Numbered from the whole stretch's first letter, positions 27,270 to 37,751 are shown. The stretch is DNA of 62,915 bases, filler included, from Candidatus Tectimicrobiota bacterium (GCA_016193065.1; 5 parts of 5 records of this genome joined end to end with filler, not necessarily neighbours in it), one strand, 5' to 3'. Numbers and translations are program-made. The notes: generated from the sequence alone by a model not told the origin.

Positions 27270-28109
27270 ATGGAGAAAGTGGAAACCATGCTGGCCGAAA
27301 AGGAACCCGGAACGCCCCAAGCCCCGGAGTTTTATGTGCGCTTCAACGTGCGCCAGCGTCTTGAGCATTTTTTCGTTATGTTCCTGTTCCTGGTGCTGGC
27401 CGTGACCGGCCTCCCCCAGAAGTTTTACCAGGCTTCCTGGGCCCAGTGGATCATCCTTTTCCTGGGCGGAATCGATTGGGTTCGGATCATCCACAGAGTT
27501 TCGGGAATTCTTTTTGCCTTCCTGGGCGTGGTGCACCTGGGGATGATTCTGGTCGGTGTGCTTCTTGGCCGGATCAAACCCATTCTCATCCCAACCCTGA
27601 AGGACTTTCGTGATGCCGTCCAGCAGCTCCGTTACCACGTGGGGTTGACGGACGAGCACCCGCGGTTTGAGCGCTACGATTACAAGCAGAAATTCGAGTA
27701 CTGGGGCCTGGTCTTTGGCGGCATGGTGATGATCACCACGGGGTTTATCCTCTATCTTCCCAACCTGGCGACCCGGTACCTGACCGGGGAGCTGATTCCG
27801 GCCGCCAAGGTCGCCCACAGCAACGAGGGGTTGCTGGCCTTCCTGGTCGTGATCATCTGGCATATGTATGGAACCCACTTTAACCCCGATGTCTTCCCCA
27901 TGGATACCAGCATCTTCACGGGAAAGATCTCGCGCGAGCGCATGCTGCATGAGCATCCGCTGGAGCTTCTTCGAATTTCCGCCGGCAGCCCCGAAGAAAT
28001 GGAGCCCGGGAGAGATGGCGCTCACGAGCAGAGGGCGACGGCAAGCCCCGCGGCGGAACGGCAATCGGCCAACGCTCCTGATCGTGCCAAAGAGATAACG
28101 CCGGGATAG
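27270..28109 (+). CDS. FdnI/HydC-type cytochrome b
   Basis: QRLEH, VTGLPQ, IHR, RYDYKQKFEYW, AHSNEGLLA, WHMY. Confidence 0.92.
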   Translation: MEKVETMLAEKEPGTPQAPEFYVRFNVRQRLEHFFVMFLFLVLAVTGLPQKFYQASWAQWIILFLGGIDWVRIIHRVSGILFAFLGVVHLGMILVGVLLGRIKPILIPTLKDFRDAVQQLRYHVGLTDEHPRFERYDYKQKFEYWGLVFGGMVMITTGFILYLPNLATRYLTGELIPAAKVAHSNEGLLAFLVVIIWHMYGTHFNPDVFPMDTSIFTGKISRERMLHEHPLELLRISAGSPEEMEPGRDGAHEQRATASPAAERQSANAPDRAKEITPG

Positions 28110-28207
28110 GCGCTGAAGGCCGGAGAAGCGCGGCGGCGCCGCTCTCCGAGGCGGCCTTCTGGCGGGGAGGACTGGCTTGTCCACCCCCAGTGCGGGTCCA
28201 TGGACAG

Positions 28208-28450
28208 GGGCTGACTTCCCGCCCTTCGCTTCACGCCTCCCGCAGCGACCCCTTCGGGGCGCCCAGGGTGGGAACCCTCCGCTACCGCCACGTTAAGTGT
28301 TCAGCTATCTGCCAGCAAGTCTAGGCTGCGCGGTTTCCCATCCCTGGCCGCTCCCGATGGGTGTCCCCGCTGCTCCCGGCAGTTGCGCTCAGGGCGGGAA
28401 AGTCAGCCCTCTCGGAGCCCTGCCTCCGAGGGGGTAGCCCCCGCAGGCGA
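28208..28450 (-). ncRNA. Dispersed ~240-nt structured element, copy B (ends at contig break)
   Basis: Reverse complement aligns with 3479-3720 and 40017-40256. Confidence 0.7.
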
Positions 28451-28550
28451 NNNNNNNNNNNNNNNNNNNNNNNNNNNNNNNNNNNNNNNNNNNNTTAATT
28501 AATTAANNNNNNNNNNNNNNNNNNNNNNNNNNNNNNNNNNNNNNNNNNNN
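28451..28550. other. Artificial contig-joining gap
   Basis: 100 N with TTAATTAATTAA linker. Confidence 0.97.
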
Positions 28551-28636
28551 CGCCCTTCGACCGCGGGTACCCGCGAAGCGGGTGCGGTTTCCGGGTGAGG
28601 ACGAACGGCTAAGTGATTGAATTTCTGGGTCTCCTT

Positions 28637-28739
28637 GTCCGTTCGTGGTGAGCCCTTCGACTTTGCTCAGGACAGGCCTGTCGAACCATGAACGGACTTA
28701 TGACACAGTCTCTGTGAGGGAGAGGGTGGGGGTGAGGGT
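28637..28739. repeat. REP-like palindromic elements
   Basis: GTCCGTTCGTGGT...CCCTTCGACTTTGCTCAGGACAGGC...ACCATGAACGGAC followed by GAGGGAGAGGGTGGGGGTGAGGG. Confidence 0.65.
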
Positions 28740-28769
28740 AGAGAGTTGGGCCAGGACGGAGGAGGGCCC

Positions 28770-30977
28770 GTGAACACGGTGGACATTGACATCGGCGGGA
28801 CGTTTACGGATTGCTTCGTCCAATTCCGGGGGCAGGTGATTGCCGAGAAAGTGGAGACCACCCACTATGACCTGGCGGTCTGCTTCTTAAACGCCGTCAA
28901 GCAGGTAGTCGAGCGCCTGGGCTGCCCCTTGGCCGAATTCCTGGGCAGTGTGGACACGATCCGCTATTCGACCACGGTGGCCATGAACAAGCTCATCGAG
29001 CGCTCGGGCCCGCCTCTGGGTCTGATCACCACGGCGGGGTTTGAGGATACGATTTTCATCGGCAAGGGCTCTTCCCAGTGGGCCGACGGCAGCACGGTTC
29101 GCGAGCAGAGGAATATCGCCCGCATTCGCAAGCCCGAGCCCTTGATTCCCCGCCAGCGGGTGGTGGGGGTCATCGAGCGGGTGGATTCCATGGGCCGCGT
29201 CGTCGTCCCGTTGGATCTGGACGATGCCCGCCGGAAGCTACAGCACTTGGTCGATCAGGGAGTGCAGGGTTTTGTAGTGAGCCTCCTGTGGTCCTTTGCG
29301 AATCCGTCCCACGAACGGGCCATAAAGCAGCTCATCCGGGAAGAATATCCGGAGGCGTATCTGGGGAGCATGCCGGTCCTGCTGTCGAGCGAGGTGAAGC
29401 CCAGGGCCAACGAATATGAACGCACGATGACGGCCATCGTGGATGCCTACCTGCACCGGTCCATGAAAGACGAACTTTCCACAATCAACGCCGAGCTTAT
29501 CGACGCCGGGTACAGCGGACCCTTGATGATGGTTCACAATACAGGGGGAATGGCCGAGGTTTTCAAGACGGCAGCCATCGAGACCTACAACGGCGGCCCC
29601 GTGGCCGGCCTCATGGGGAGCCGGTACGTGGGCAGCCTCTACGGCTGGAAGAACGTCATTGCGGCGGACATGGGCGGGACCAGCTTCGACCTGGGGTTGG
29701 TGGTGGACGGGAGCACCCGCACCTACGATTACCGGCCGGTCATCGATCACTGGGCGGTGCACGCCACCATGCTGGAAACCAAGTCCATCGGGGCCGGCGG
29801 CGGTTCCATCGCCTGGATCAACGAGCTTTTGGGCAAGCGCCTGGAAGTGGGGCCCCAGAGCGCCGGTTCCATGCCGGGGCCGGTGGCTTATGATCAGGGG
29901 GGAACCGAACCCACGGTGACCGACGCCGATGTGGTCCTGGGGTTCATCCATCCGGACACCTTCCACGGCGGGAGAAAACGTCTGAACCGGCGCCGGGCCC
30001 GCAGCGCCATCCGGGATCGAATTGCGGAACCCCTGGGGATCGAGGTGGAAGAAGCCGCCACGCTGATCCGCCGCATCGTGGACGCCAAGATGGGCGACAC
30101 GATCTACAAGGAGACGGCGCTGCGCGGCTACGACCCCAGGGAGTTTGTCCTCTTTGCCTTCGGCGGGGGCGGCCCCCTGCACGCCTGCGGCTTCGCCGAG
30201 CGCCTCGGCGTCAGGCGGATCGTCACCTTCCCCTATTCTCCCGTGTTTTGCGCCTTCGGGGCTTCGACGATGGACGTCATGCACGTCTACGAGAAGTCCC
30301 GCTATCTCCCCCTGATTGCGCGGCGCACCCGCAAGGCGGGTGCCCGGGCTTTCTTCGAGGACTACGATCTCTTCAACGGTGTGGTCCGCGAGCTGCAAGA
30401 AAAAGCCGGGCACGATGTGGCCGGGGAAGGATTCGCGCCCGAGCAGATCGTCTTCAGCCTGGAGCTGGACATGAAGTACGGGGGACAGTTGAACGTCAAG
30501 CGGGTGGCCTCGCCCCGCATGTTCCTGCACTCGGCAGAGGACGTGCAGGCTCTCTACGCCCAGTTCGAGCGCGAGTACTCGGAGGCCTACAGCCCTCTGT
30601 CGGTGTACCGGGAGAGCGGGGTCGAAATTGAGAATTTCATCTTGAAGGCCACCGTTCCTCAGCCCCGGGTGGAGCTTCCCCGCTTCCGCCTGGTCGGAGA
30701 GGATCCGGACAAAGCCTTAACTGGAGAACGGGAGGTTCTTTGGGAATGGGGCCGGGGAGTTGAGAAGACGGCCATCTACTCTTGGGATCTGCTGGAGCCG
30801 GGAAACCGGATCGGGGGGCCGGCTATCATCGAAGCGGCTCATACCACCATCGCGGTGCCTCGCGGGAAAGTTTACCATCTCGACGAGTACCGGCACGGGA
30901 TCATCGATGATCTGGGCCAGGCGGTGGGTCGGGAGTCTCCGGAAGAGCGTGCGGCCGTCACAGCCCGGACTATCTAA
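28770..30977 (+). CDS. Hydantoinase A/oxoprolinase family, acetophenone carboxylase gamma-subunit-like
   Basis: DIDIGGTFTD, DMGGTSFD, IGAGGGSIA, GPQSAGSMPGP, PTVTDAD, FGGGGPLH. Confidence 0.9.
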   Translation: MNTVDIDIGGTFTDCFVQFRGQVIAEKVETTHYDLAVCFLNAVKQVVERLGCPLAEFLGSVDTIRYSTTVAMNKLIERSGPPLGLITTAGFEDTIFIGKGSSQWADGSTVREQRNIARIRKPEPLIPRQRVVGVIERVDSMGRVVVPLDLDDARRKLQHLVDQGVQGFVVSLLWSFANPSHERAIKQLIREEYPEAYLGSMPVLLSSEVKPRANEYERTMTAIVDAYLHRSMKDELSTINAELIDAGYSGPLMMVHNTGGMAEVFKTAAIETYNGGPVAGLMGSRYVGSLYGWKNVIAADMGGTSFDLGLVVDGSTRTYDYRPVIDHWAVHATMLETKSIGAGGGSIAWINELLGKRLEVGPQSAGSMPGPVAYDQGGTEPTVTDADVVLGFIHPDTFHGGRKRLNRRRARSAIRDRIAEPLGIEVEEAATLIRRIVDAKMGDTIYKETALRGYDPREFVLFAFGGGGPLHACGFAERLGVRRIVTFPYSPVFCAFGASTMDVMHVYEKSRYLPLIARRTRKAGARAFFEDYDLFNGVVRELQEKAGHDVAGEGFAPEQIVFSLELDMKYGGQLNVKRVASPRMFLHSAEDVQALYAQFEREYSEAYSPLSVYRESGVEIENFILKATVPQPRVELPRFRLVGEDPDKALTGEREVLWEWGRGVEKTAIYSWDLLEPGNRIGGPAIIEAAHTTIAVPRGKVYHLDEYRHGIIDDLGQAVGRESPEERAAVTARTI

Positions 30978-30986
30978 ATTTTACTT

Positions 30987-31068
30987 CCCCTCACCCTGAC
31001 CCTCTCCCCTGAGGGGCATAAGCGCTAACATAACCCCCCTTTGAAAAAGGGGGGGCAGGGGGGATTTT
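30987..31068. repeat. REP-like palindromes (CCCTCACCC..CCCTCTCCC and CCCCCCTTTGAAAAAGGGGGG)
   Basis: Inverted repeats directly visible, immediately upstream of a DUF559-like gene start. Confidence 0.7.
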
Positions 31069-31082
31069 GAGAGGATCGAGAG

Positions 31083-32430
31083 ATGTTGAGGTACAATTCG
31101 AATCTCAAAGATAAAGCGCGGGAGTTGCGCAAGCTGCAAGATCTCTTTCGCAGCCAGGGAAAAATGTTCGTCTTGCGTCTGTTCCGGGAGATGCTCCAGA
31201 AAGCCGAGGACGGGGCCCGCAACAAGATCCGCAGGTGGCGCGACGGCACCTACCGCAGCGTGTCCTTCATCGACACGGTGGGCCATACGGAAGCCCTCAC
31301 GCGGGTTTCTCTGAAGCTTCGCTTTCCACGATCTCCCGCCCTGCATCGGCGCCTACGAGCCCCTCTATTTTCACATTCCTGAAGGAACCCTCCTGAACCC
31401 CGGTCCCGATGCGGCTGTGGCCAACGCCCCCCACATCGGCAGGCTGGTGGTGAACTCGGTTCACAGTGTTTTCGCGCGCCTGCTCTATGCGAGCGGGGAG
31501 TGCGACCAGTGCTCCGCTTCCCATGGCGGCTCGGGCTGTACGGTGGCTTTTTCGGGACCTAACCAGTGGGGGGCTGTCTCTTCGGATCTCATGGGCTTCA
31601 AGCAGAACCCGGAAGGGGCGGGAGCCCGTACGGATCTGGACGGGGTGGACGCCTACGGTTTCTTCTGGGCCAACCAGGGCAGGGCTCCGGATGTGGAAGA
31701 CTTCGAGAGCCGCTACACCTTCCTGCACCTGTCCCAGAAGTACCGGATCGATAGTTGCGGCTTCGGCCGGCGCCGCGGCGGATCGGGGACTTATACCGCC
31801 TGGATGAACTATCACGTCCCCGAAATCAACGCCCTGACCCTCGGCAACTCCTCTCGGATCCCGGTGGGCGGCGGGCTGTTCGGGGGATATGCCGCCAACG
31901 TGGCGGGGAACCTCTTGCTGAGGGAAACGAGCGCCCTCGGCGGCGACCGCCGGGAGAGAGTCACCCGCAAGGCGCGGGTACCCACAAAGTGGGTGCGGCC
32001 CCGGGATCTGGAGTCTCTTCTGCGGGACAGGAACTTCGCCCGCCATTGCGAACTGCGACCGGCCCAGAATCCCCCCGTGGTTTTGGAAAGAGGGGATGTC
32101 ATTGTGGGGATGAACACGGGAGGACACGGATACGGGGATGTTCTCGAGCGGAGTCCCGAAGATGTGCTGCAAGATTTTCAGTCGGATCTCATCTCCGCCC
32201 GCACCGTCGCTGACATCTACTGCGTCGTCGTTGATCCCCGTACCGGCCAGGTGGACTCCGCAGCCACCGAGGCCCGGCGCCACCAGGAAAGGGCCAAACG
32301 CCTGAAGCGAGGGGTGAGCTTCTCGGAGTTTGAAGAAGCCTGGAGCCGAAAGCGCCCGCCGGATTCCGCCCTGCGCTACTTCGGGCGCTGGCCCGACGGC
32401 GCCCCTCTGGGAGCGGTCCGGCGGGGTTGA
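31083..32430 (+). pseudogene. Hydantoinase B/acetophenone carboxylase delta-like gene remnant fused to a DUF559-like N-terminus
   Basis: MLRYNSNLKDKARELRK joins LFREMLQKAEDGARNKIRRWRDGTYRSVSFID; frame change near 31322 into FHDLPPCIGAYEP...IPEGTLLNP...DSCGFGRRRGG...GGHGYGDVLER. Confidence 0.8.
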
Positions 32431-32611
32431 GGCAAAAACGCAGGCCAGCAGGCAGAAGCCCTCCAAAACTATAAATCGCCCTACGGGGCACACCCGGTCT
32501 CCAAAAACCTCCATCACTCAGCTCTCAATCCCCTCATCAAGGTTGCGATCCTGGCAAGGTTCGGTTATAATTAAGCGCTATTTTATTTAAAGCCTGAGGA
32601 TAAAAGGATCT

Positions 32612-32893
32612 ATGCGCTTGCGGAGGGAGATGATCGATTACCTGTCGGGGGTTCTCGCCAAGGATCTCGCGGAGAAGGGATTCGTCGAGATCGAGAGCAG
32701 CGAGGCGGAGCTCGCGGCCTTGATCGCGCGGGTGATTACGGAGGATCTGGCCGTTGAGGACAAGCTGGACGACGAGGTGAAAGAGATCCTGCGAGCCCAC
32801 GAAAAGGAAATCGATCAGAAAAACATCAACTACGCGCAGATGTTCAACTTGATCAAGCGGAAGCTGGTACGCGAGCGGGGCCTCATCCTGTAA
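32612..32893 (+). CDS. DUF507 family protein
   Basis: MRLRREMIDYLS...EDKLDDEV...MFNLIKRKLVRERGLIL. Confidence 0.85.
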   Translation: MRLRREMIDYLSGVLAKDLAEKGFVEIESSEAELAALIARVITEDLAVEDKLDDEVKEILRAHEKEIDQKNINYAQMFNLIKRKLVRERGLIL

Positions 32894-32901
32894 GGGGTAC
32901 A

Positions 32902-33180
32902 ATGCGCCTGAGCCGCGAGAAGATCAATCATCTGTCCAAATTGCTCATCGGATCGATCCAGGGCCAGAAGAGGATTACCCTGACCCGGGAGGCCAACGAT
33001 GTGCGCCTGCGGGTTGTCAAGGTGATCACCGACGAGCTGAAGATTGACGACGTGATCGATGCCGAGGTGCGCCGCAGCCTTAATTCCTACTCGAAGAAGC
33101 CGGTGGAAGGGAGCCGTGAGTGGGACATCCTGTATCAGAAGCTTTACGAGTCCGAAATGAAAAAGCGCCGGGGCTTTTGA
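32902..33180 (+). CDS. DUF507 family protein
   Basis: MRLSREKINHLS...EGSREWDILYQKLYE. Confidence 0.85.
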   Translation: MRLSREKINHLSKLLIGSIQGQKRITLTREANDVRLRVVKVITDELKIDDVIDAEVRRSLNSYSKKPVEGSREWDILYQKLYESEMKKRRGF

Positions 33181-33193
33181 ACGGGGAGAAAAT

Positions 33194-34327
33194 GTGAATA
33201 CGCTCGCGAGTGAGGCTGCGGTCCCGCAACCCTACCTTCAGGTCGAATCCCTGATCAAGAGATTCTCCGGCGAGGGGCACGATCTGGCGGCCGTGAACGG
33301 GATCTCGTTTGCCGTTCCCAAGGGGCGGCTCTTCACCCTGCTGGGTCCCAGCGGCTGCGGCAAGAGCACGACCCTGCGCTGCATTGCGGGTTTGGAAAAG
33401 CCGGAAGGCGGTTTCATCGCAGTCAGCGGTCAGATGCAGGTGAACACGGCGGAGAAGGTCTTCGTCCCGCCTCATAAGAGGGGCATCGGCATGGTCTTCC
33501 AATCCTATGCCATCTGGCCCCACATGACGGTGTACGAGAACGTGGCTTACGCCTTGGAGGTGAAGCGGGTTCCCCGCGGCCAGGTGCGCGAGCGGGTGAT
33601 GGAGGCCCTGGATCTGGTGGGCCTGGGAGGACTCGAGGACCGGCCGGCCCCGAAATTGAGCGGCGGACAGCAGCAGCGGGTGGCCCTGGCCCGAGCCATT
33701 GTCGGACGCCCGAACCTCCTGCTTTTCGATGAGCCTCTGAGCAACCTGGATGCTAAGCTGAGAGAGCGCATGCGCCACGAGATCCGGGAACTCCAGCAGA
33801 GGCTGGAAATTACCACGGTTTATGTGACCCACGATCAAACGGAGGCTCTGGCCATCTCGGACACGATTGCCGTCATGGAGGGGGGAACGATCCTCTCCAT
33901 GGGTTCTCCCAGAGAAATTTACGGAGAGCCCGGGAACCGCTTCGTGGCCGACTTCGTGGGCCTGACCAACATCCTGCGCGGTCAAGCGGTCAGCAACTCC
34001 CTTCCCGACGGCACCGGCCGGGTGGATGTCTCCTTCGGCAAGGTGCGCTGCCGCTTCTTCGGGGAAATTTGGGAGGGGGATGAGGTCGACGTTCTCATAC
34101 GCCCCGAGAACATCTCGGTATCGCACAGCGCCCCCGACGTCGTGGAAAACGTGTGGCAAGCCACCGTGGATCAGGTAACCTTCCTGGGAGAGTGCCAGGA
34201 TTGCAACGTCAAGGTTCAGGATCAAATTCTGCGGATTCGGGTGAATCCGGCTCTGGAGTTAAGGGTGGGACAGAAAGTGTACCTGGAAACCAACCCTCAC
34301 CGGTGCTCCTCGATCCGCACACATTGA
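33194..34327 (+). CDS. ABC transporter ATP-binding protein (Fe3+/polyamine type, TOBE domain)
   Basis: GPSGCGKST, LSGGQQQR, DEPLSNLD, VTHDQ. Confidence 0.95.
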   Translation: MNTLASEAAVPQPYLQVESLIKRFSGEGHDLAAVNGISFAVPKGRLFTLLGPSGCGKSTTLRCIAGLEKPEGGFIAVSGQMQVNTAEKVFVPPHKRGIGMVFQSYAIWPHMTVYENVAYALEVKRVPRGQVRERVMEALDLVGLGGLEDRPAPKLSGGQQQRVALARAIVGRPNLLLFDEPLSNLDAKLRERMRHEIRELQQRLEITTVYVTHDQTEALAISDTIAVMEGGTILSMGSPREIYGEPGNRFVADFVGLTNILRGQAVSNSLPDGTGRVDVSFGKVRCRFFGEIWEGDEVDVLIRPENISVSHSAPDVVENVWQATVDQVTFLGECQDCNVKVQDQILRIRVNPALELRVGQKVYLETNPHRCSSIRTH

Positions 34328-34390
34328 GATGCGGGGGGTCTACTCGGCGACCCTGATCAGGGTTGTTTTAACGAGAAGGAGGCTAGGGGG

Positions 34391-35431
34391 ATGTGCAAAT
34401 CACGGATGGCAAGAATTCCTTTCGGCCCGTTGTTTCTCCTGGGGATTCTGGCGGCCGCCGCCGTTCTGGCCTTGAGCCGGCCGGCTGGGGCGCAGTCTCT
34501 GCTGGATGCCGCCAAGAAAGAGGGGAAGGTGGTCATCTATGGTTCTCTGGAATCGGGAATCATGGATGAAGTCGAGAAAGCCTTTACGAAGAAGTACGGC
34601 ATTGGCATCGATTACTGGCGGGCCGCTTCCAACAAAGTTCTCGACCGGGTGCTCACGGAGAACCGCTCCGGGAGGCCTCTCTTCGACGTGGTGGTCACCA
34701 ACCGGGGGCCCATGCTGTTCATGAAGAAGGAAAACGCCTTTGGCAAGTACGTTTCCCCCGAGAGCGCCAACTTCCCCGAGGACGTGAGGGATCCGGACGG
34801 AGTCCTTTCCCCCATTTACCGGATGGTCATCGTGGGGATCCTCTATAACACGAAGCTCGTAAAGCCCGGGGATGCCCCGAAGTCCCTCGATGATCTTCTG
34901 AGCCCCAAGTGGCACGGAAAATGGGTGATCCCCGACCCCTCCCGGCACTTCACGACGGGTGTCTGGGTGCGGAACCTGGAGGAGTTCTACGGCAAGGACT
35001 GGCTTGCGTTCGCGAAGAAGCTCGCGGACACCAAACCGGTTCTGGCTGAGTCGTTCATCCCGGCGGCCCAGAAGATCATTTCCGGGGAAGCCCTGGCCGG
35101 GATCACCTACGTGAAATACGTTCACATTTTCGGGAAGGAAGGGGCTCCTCTGGACTACGTGCGACTGCCCAAGATGCTGGCCGACGGGCACCACGTGGCC
35201 ATCGCCGCCAAGGCGCCCCATGTGAATGCGGCCAAGCTCTTCATTGATTTTTTCATTTCCAGGGAGGGGATGGAGATCATGGCCAAGGAGGGGGAGTTCG
35301 TGACCGCCAAGGGGCTCTACCCGCCGATCAAGGACGCCGAGAAGATCAAGGCCATCGCCATGGATGAGCTCTCCGACGTCGAATACAAGAAGTGGGCGGC
35401 GGAGTTCCGGAAGATATTTGTCACCAAGTAG
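34391..35431 (+). CDS. ABC transporter substrate-binding protein (AfuA/FbpA-like)
   Basis: Signal peptide, [17 protein letters not shown]...[22 protein letters not shown]. Confidence 0.9.
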   Translation: MCKSRMARIPFGPLFLLGILAAAAVLALSRPAGAQSLLDAAKKEGKVVIYGSLESGIMDEVEKAFTKKYGIGIDYWRAASNKVLDRVLTENRSGRPLFDVVVTNRGPMLFMKKENAFGKYVSPESANFPEDVRDPDGVLSPIYRMVIVGILYNTKLVKPGDAPKSLDDLLSPKWHGKWVIPDPSRHFTTGVWVRNLEEFYGKDWLAFAKKLADTKPVLAESFIPAAQKIISGEALAGITYVKYVHIFGKEGAPLDYVRLPKMLADGHHVAIAAKAPHVNAAKLFIDFFISREGMEIMAKEGEFVTAKGLYPPIKDAEKIKAIAMDELSDVEYKKWAAEFRKIFVTK

Positions 35432-35502
35432 GCAAATCAACTTCGCCCCCCCCTCCCTGCAGGGGGGCCGTCTCATCCCGCGTTACAGGAAAGAGGATTC
35501 GG

Positions 35503-37230
35503 ATGAAGGCCGCTTCCGTTGAGCTCCTCCGGCCGGCGTCCAGCGCCTCCTGGTGGCGAGATCCGTTCGCGCTGACGGTCATCGGCATTGCCGTTGTTCT
35601 GGCCTTCTTGAGCATCTACCCCACGGCCATGCTCTTCTACGGAAGCTTTACCACCACCCCTCTGGGGGAGACGGGGAAGCTCTCGCTGTCCAACTACGTT
35701 ACCGCCTACACGGATCCGGAAACGTTCACACTTCTCCTGGACTCTTTCGTTTTCGCTTTGGGCGCCTCGGCCTTCTCGCTGCTCCTGGCTCTCACCCTGG
35801 CCTGGGTCACCGTGCGGACCAACGCCCCCTTTCGGGGGATCTTCGAGCTGACGGCGATCGTTCCCAACATCCTCCCTCCGGTCCTGATTGCGATTTCCTG
35901 GACGTTGCTTCTCAGCCCCTCGGTAGGCCTTCTGAACGCCGTCATGAAGAACCTCTTCCATTTGGCCGAGAGTCCCCTGAACATCTACTCCCTGCCGGGT
36001 CTCATGTTCGTGGAAGGGCTGATCTTGACCCCTCTGGCCTTCCTGATCATCAACGCGGCTCTGCGGGGGATGGACCCCGCATTGGAAGAATCCGCCCGCA
36101 TCCTGGGCTCCAACCAGTTCCAGATCGTGCGCCGCGTCACCTTCCCCCTGATGCGCCCCGCCATCCTGGCCGCGGGCACACTGAATTTCGTCCGGGCCCT
36201 GGAGAGCTTCGACACCCCGGCGATTATCGCCTTGCCGGCGCGAATCGAAGTGTTCACCACGAAGATTTATCGTGAGGCCCTGGCCGCTTACCCTCCCAAC
36301 TACAATTTGGCGGCCACGTACGGCGTGAGCTTGCTGGCGGTGGCGCTGGTTTTTGTGGTCCTCTACCGCCGTTTCACCTCCCGGGTGGAGACCTTTGCCA
36401 CCGTCACCGGCAAAGGCTACCGCCCCCACACGATCGACCTGGGCCGCTGGAAGTTCGTGGCCTCCGCGGGGGCCCTGGGAATCCTCACCCTGATGGTCAT
36501 CCTGCCGATTGTCATGCTGTTCTTGATCTCAATCCTCCCCTATTATCACGTCCCGACCCTGGAGACGATCCAACTGGCCACGCTCAAGCATTATGCCTAC
36601 ATTTTCAAGAGCGACCGGGTGTACCGGGCGATCGGCAACAGCCTCTTCCTGGCCGTATCCGGAGCCACGGCGGCCATGTTCCTGGCGGCCCTGACGGCTT
36701 ACATTACGGTGAAGACCAAGGTGTTCGGGCGCGGCATTCTGGAGGGCCTGACCTTTCTCCCCTGGGCCTTTCCCAGCACGGCTCTGGCCATCGGCCTGCT
36801 CTGGGGGTACGTGCGGATTCCGCTGCCGATCTATGCCACGATCTGGATCTTGCTGATTGCTTACGTGACCCGCTTCCTCCCCTACGGGCTCAGGTCCGTG
36901 TCGAGTACGATCGTCCAGATCCACCGGGAGCTGGAGGAAGCCTCCCGGGCCTGCGGGGGCGGATTCTGGACCACCTTGCGGCGCATCCTTTTCCCCCTGA
37001 TGCGACCGGGCCTCATTGCGGGCTGGATCCTTCTGGCCACCATCTTTATGCGGGAATTCAGCCTGTCGCTGTTCCTCTATACCCCTTCCTCGGAGCCTGT
37101 GGGGCCGCTTCTCTATTTCCTGTGGCTGGACGGCCTGACGGGTCCCCTGGGCGCTTTGGGGATCCTGGTGAGCCTGGTCTCCGCGATTCTGGTGGCCGTG
37201 GCCCGCCGCTACTCCCGCATCTCTGGCTAA
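35503..37230 (+). CDS. ABC transporter permease with two fused TM domains (FbpB-like)
   Basis: Two EAA-like loops: LEESARILGS and LEEASRACGG. Confidence 0.93.
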   Translation: MKAASVELLRPASSASWWRDPFALTVIGIAVVLAFLSIYPTAMLFYGSFTTTPLGETGKLSLSNYVTAYTDPETFTLLLDSFVFALGASAFSLLLALTLAWVTVRTNAPFRGIFELTAIVPNILPPVLIAISWTLLLSPSVGLLNAVMKNLFHLAESPLNIYSLPGLMFVEGLILTPLAFLIINAALRGMDPALEESARILGSNQFQIVRRVTFPLMRPAILAAGTLNFVRALESFDTPAIIALPARIEVFTTKIYREALAAYPPNYNLAATYGVSLLAVALVFVVLYRRFTSRVETFATVTGKGYRPHTIDLGRWKFVASAGALGILTLMVILPIVMLFLISILPYYHVPTLETIQLATLKHYAYIFKSDRVYRAIGNSLFLAVSGATAAMFLAALTAYITVKTKVFGRGILEGLTFLPWAFPSTALAIGLLWGYVRIPLPIYATIWILLIAYVTRFLPYGLRSVSSTIVQIHRELEEASRACGGGFWTTLRRILFPLMRPGLIAGWILLATIFMREFSLSLFLYTPSSEPVGPLLYFLWLDGLTGPLGALGILVSLVSAILVAVARRYSRISG

Positions 37231-37463
37231 TCCGATTTCCGGAGTTTGCATGGCCCTTCGAGCCGTGGACTTGGAATAAGGGATGCCCTTTACAGTTCGT
37301 TGAAACTATTGTAGAAATGCTTCCAGGGCTAAGCGGTCATGGTATGAGCTATGCAGAAGTAAGGCCGAATCATGCCGAAGAACATACTCCCTGGTTCGGC
37401 TCTTTGAACGCCCGCAGTCATTGTCATGTCGTGATCTCATGGATAAACTACAAGGAGTAGCCT

Positions 37464-37751
37464 TTGAGAATCACGGACATCATCTGGAAAGAGCGCTTCG
37501 TCGAGAAGTTTTCAAGCAAACATCGTGTCGCAGTCGCGGAGGCAGAAGAAGTGCTCCGTTCCAGGCCGGTTGTTCGAAGAATGACCAAAGGAAGGGTACA
37601 CGGCGAGGATGTATACGCCGCTCTGGCGCAGATCCGTGGCGGCAGGTACTTGATTGTGTTTTTCATCAGGAAGAAACACGGCATGATATTGCCGATTTCA
37701 GCGCGAGACATGGACGGCTCTGAGAGGAGATATTATGCGAAACACAGATAA
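37464..37751 (+). CDS. BrnT-family toxin
   Basis: KH.V...EAEEV, GRYLIVFF, PISARDM...ERRYY. Confidence 0.85.
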   Translation: MRITDIIWKERFVEKFSSKHRVAVAEAEEVLRSRPVVRRMTKGRVHGEDVYAALAQIRGGRYLIVFFIRKKHGMILPISARDMDGSERRYYAKHR

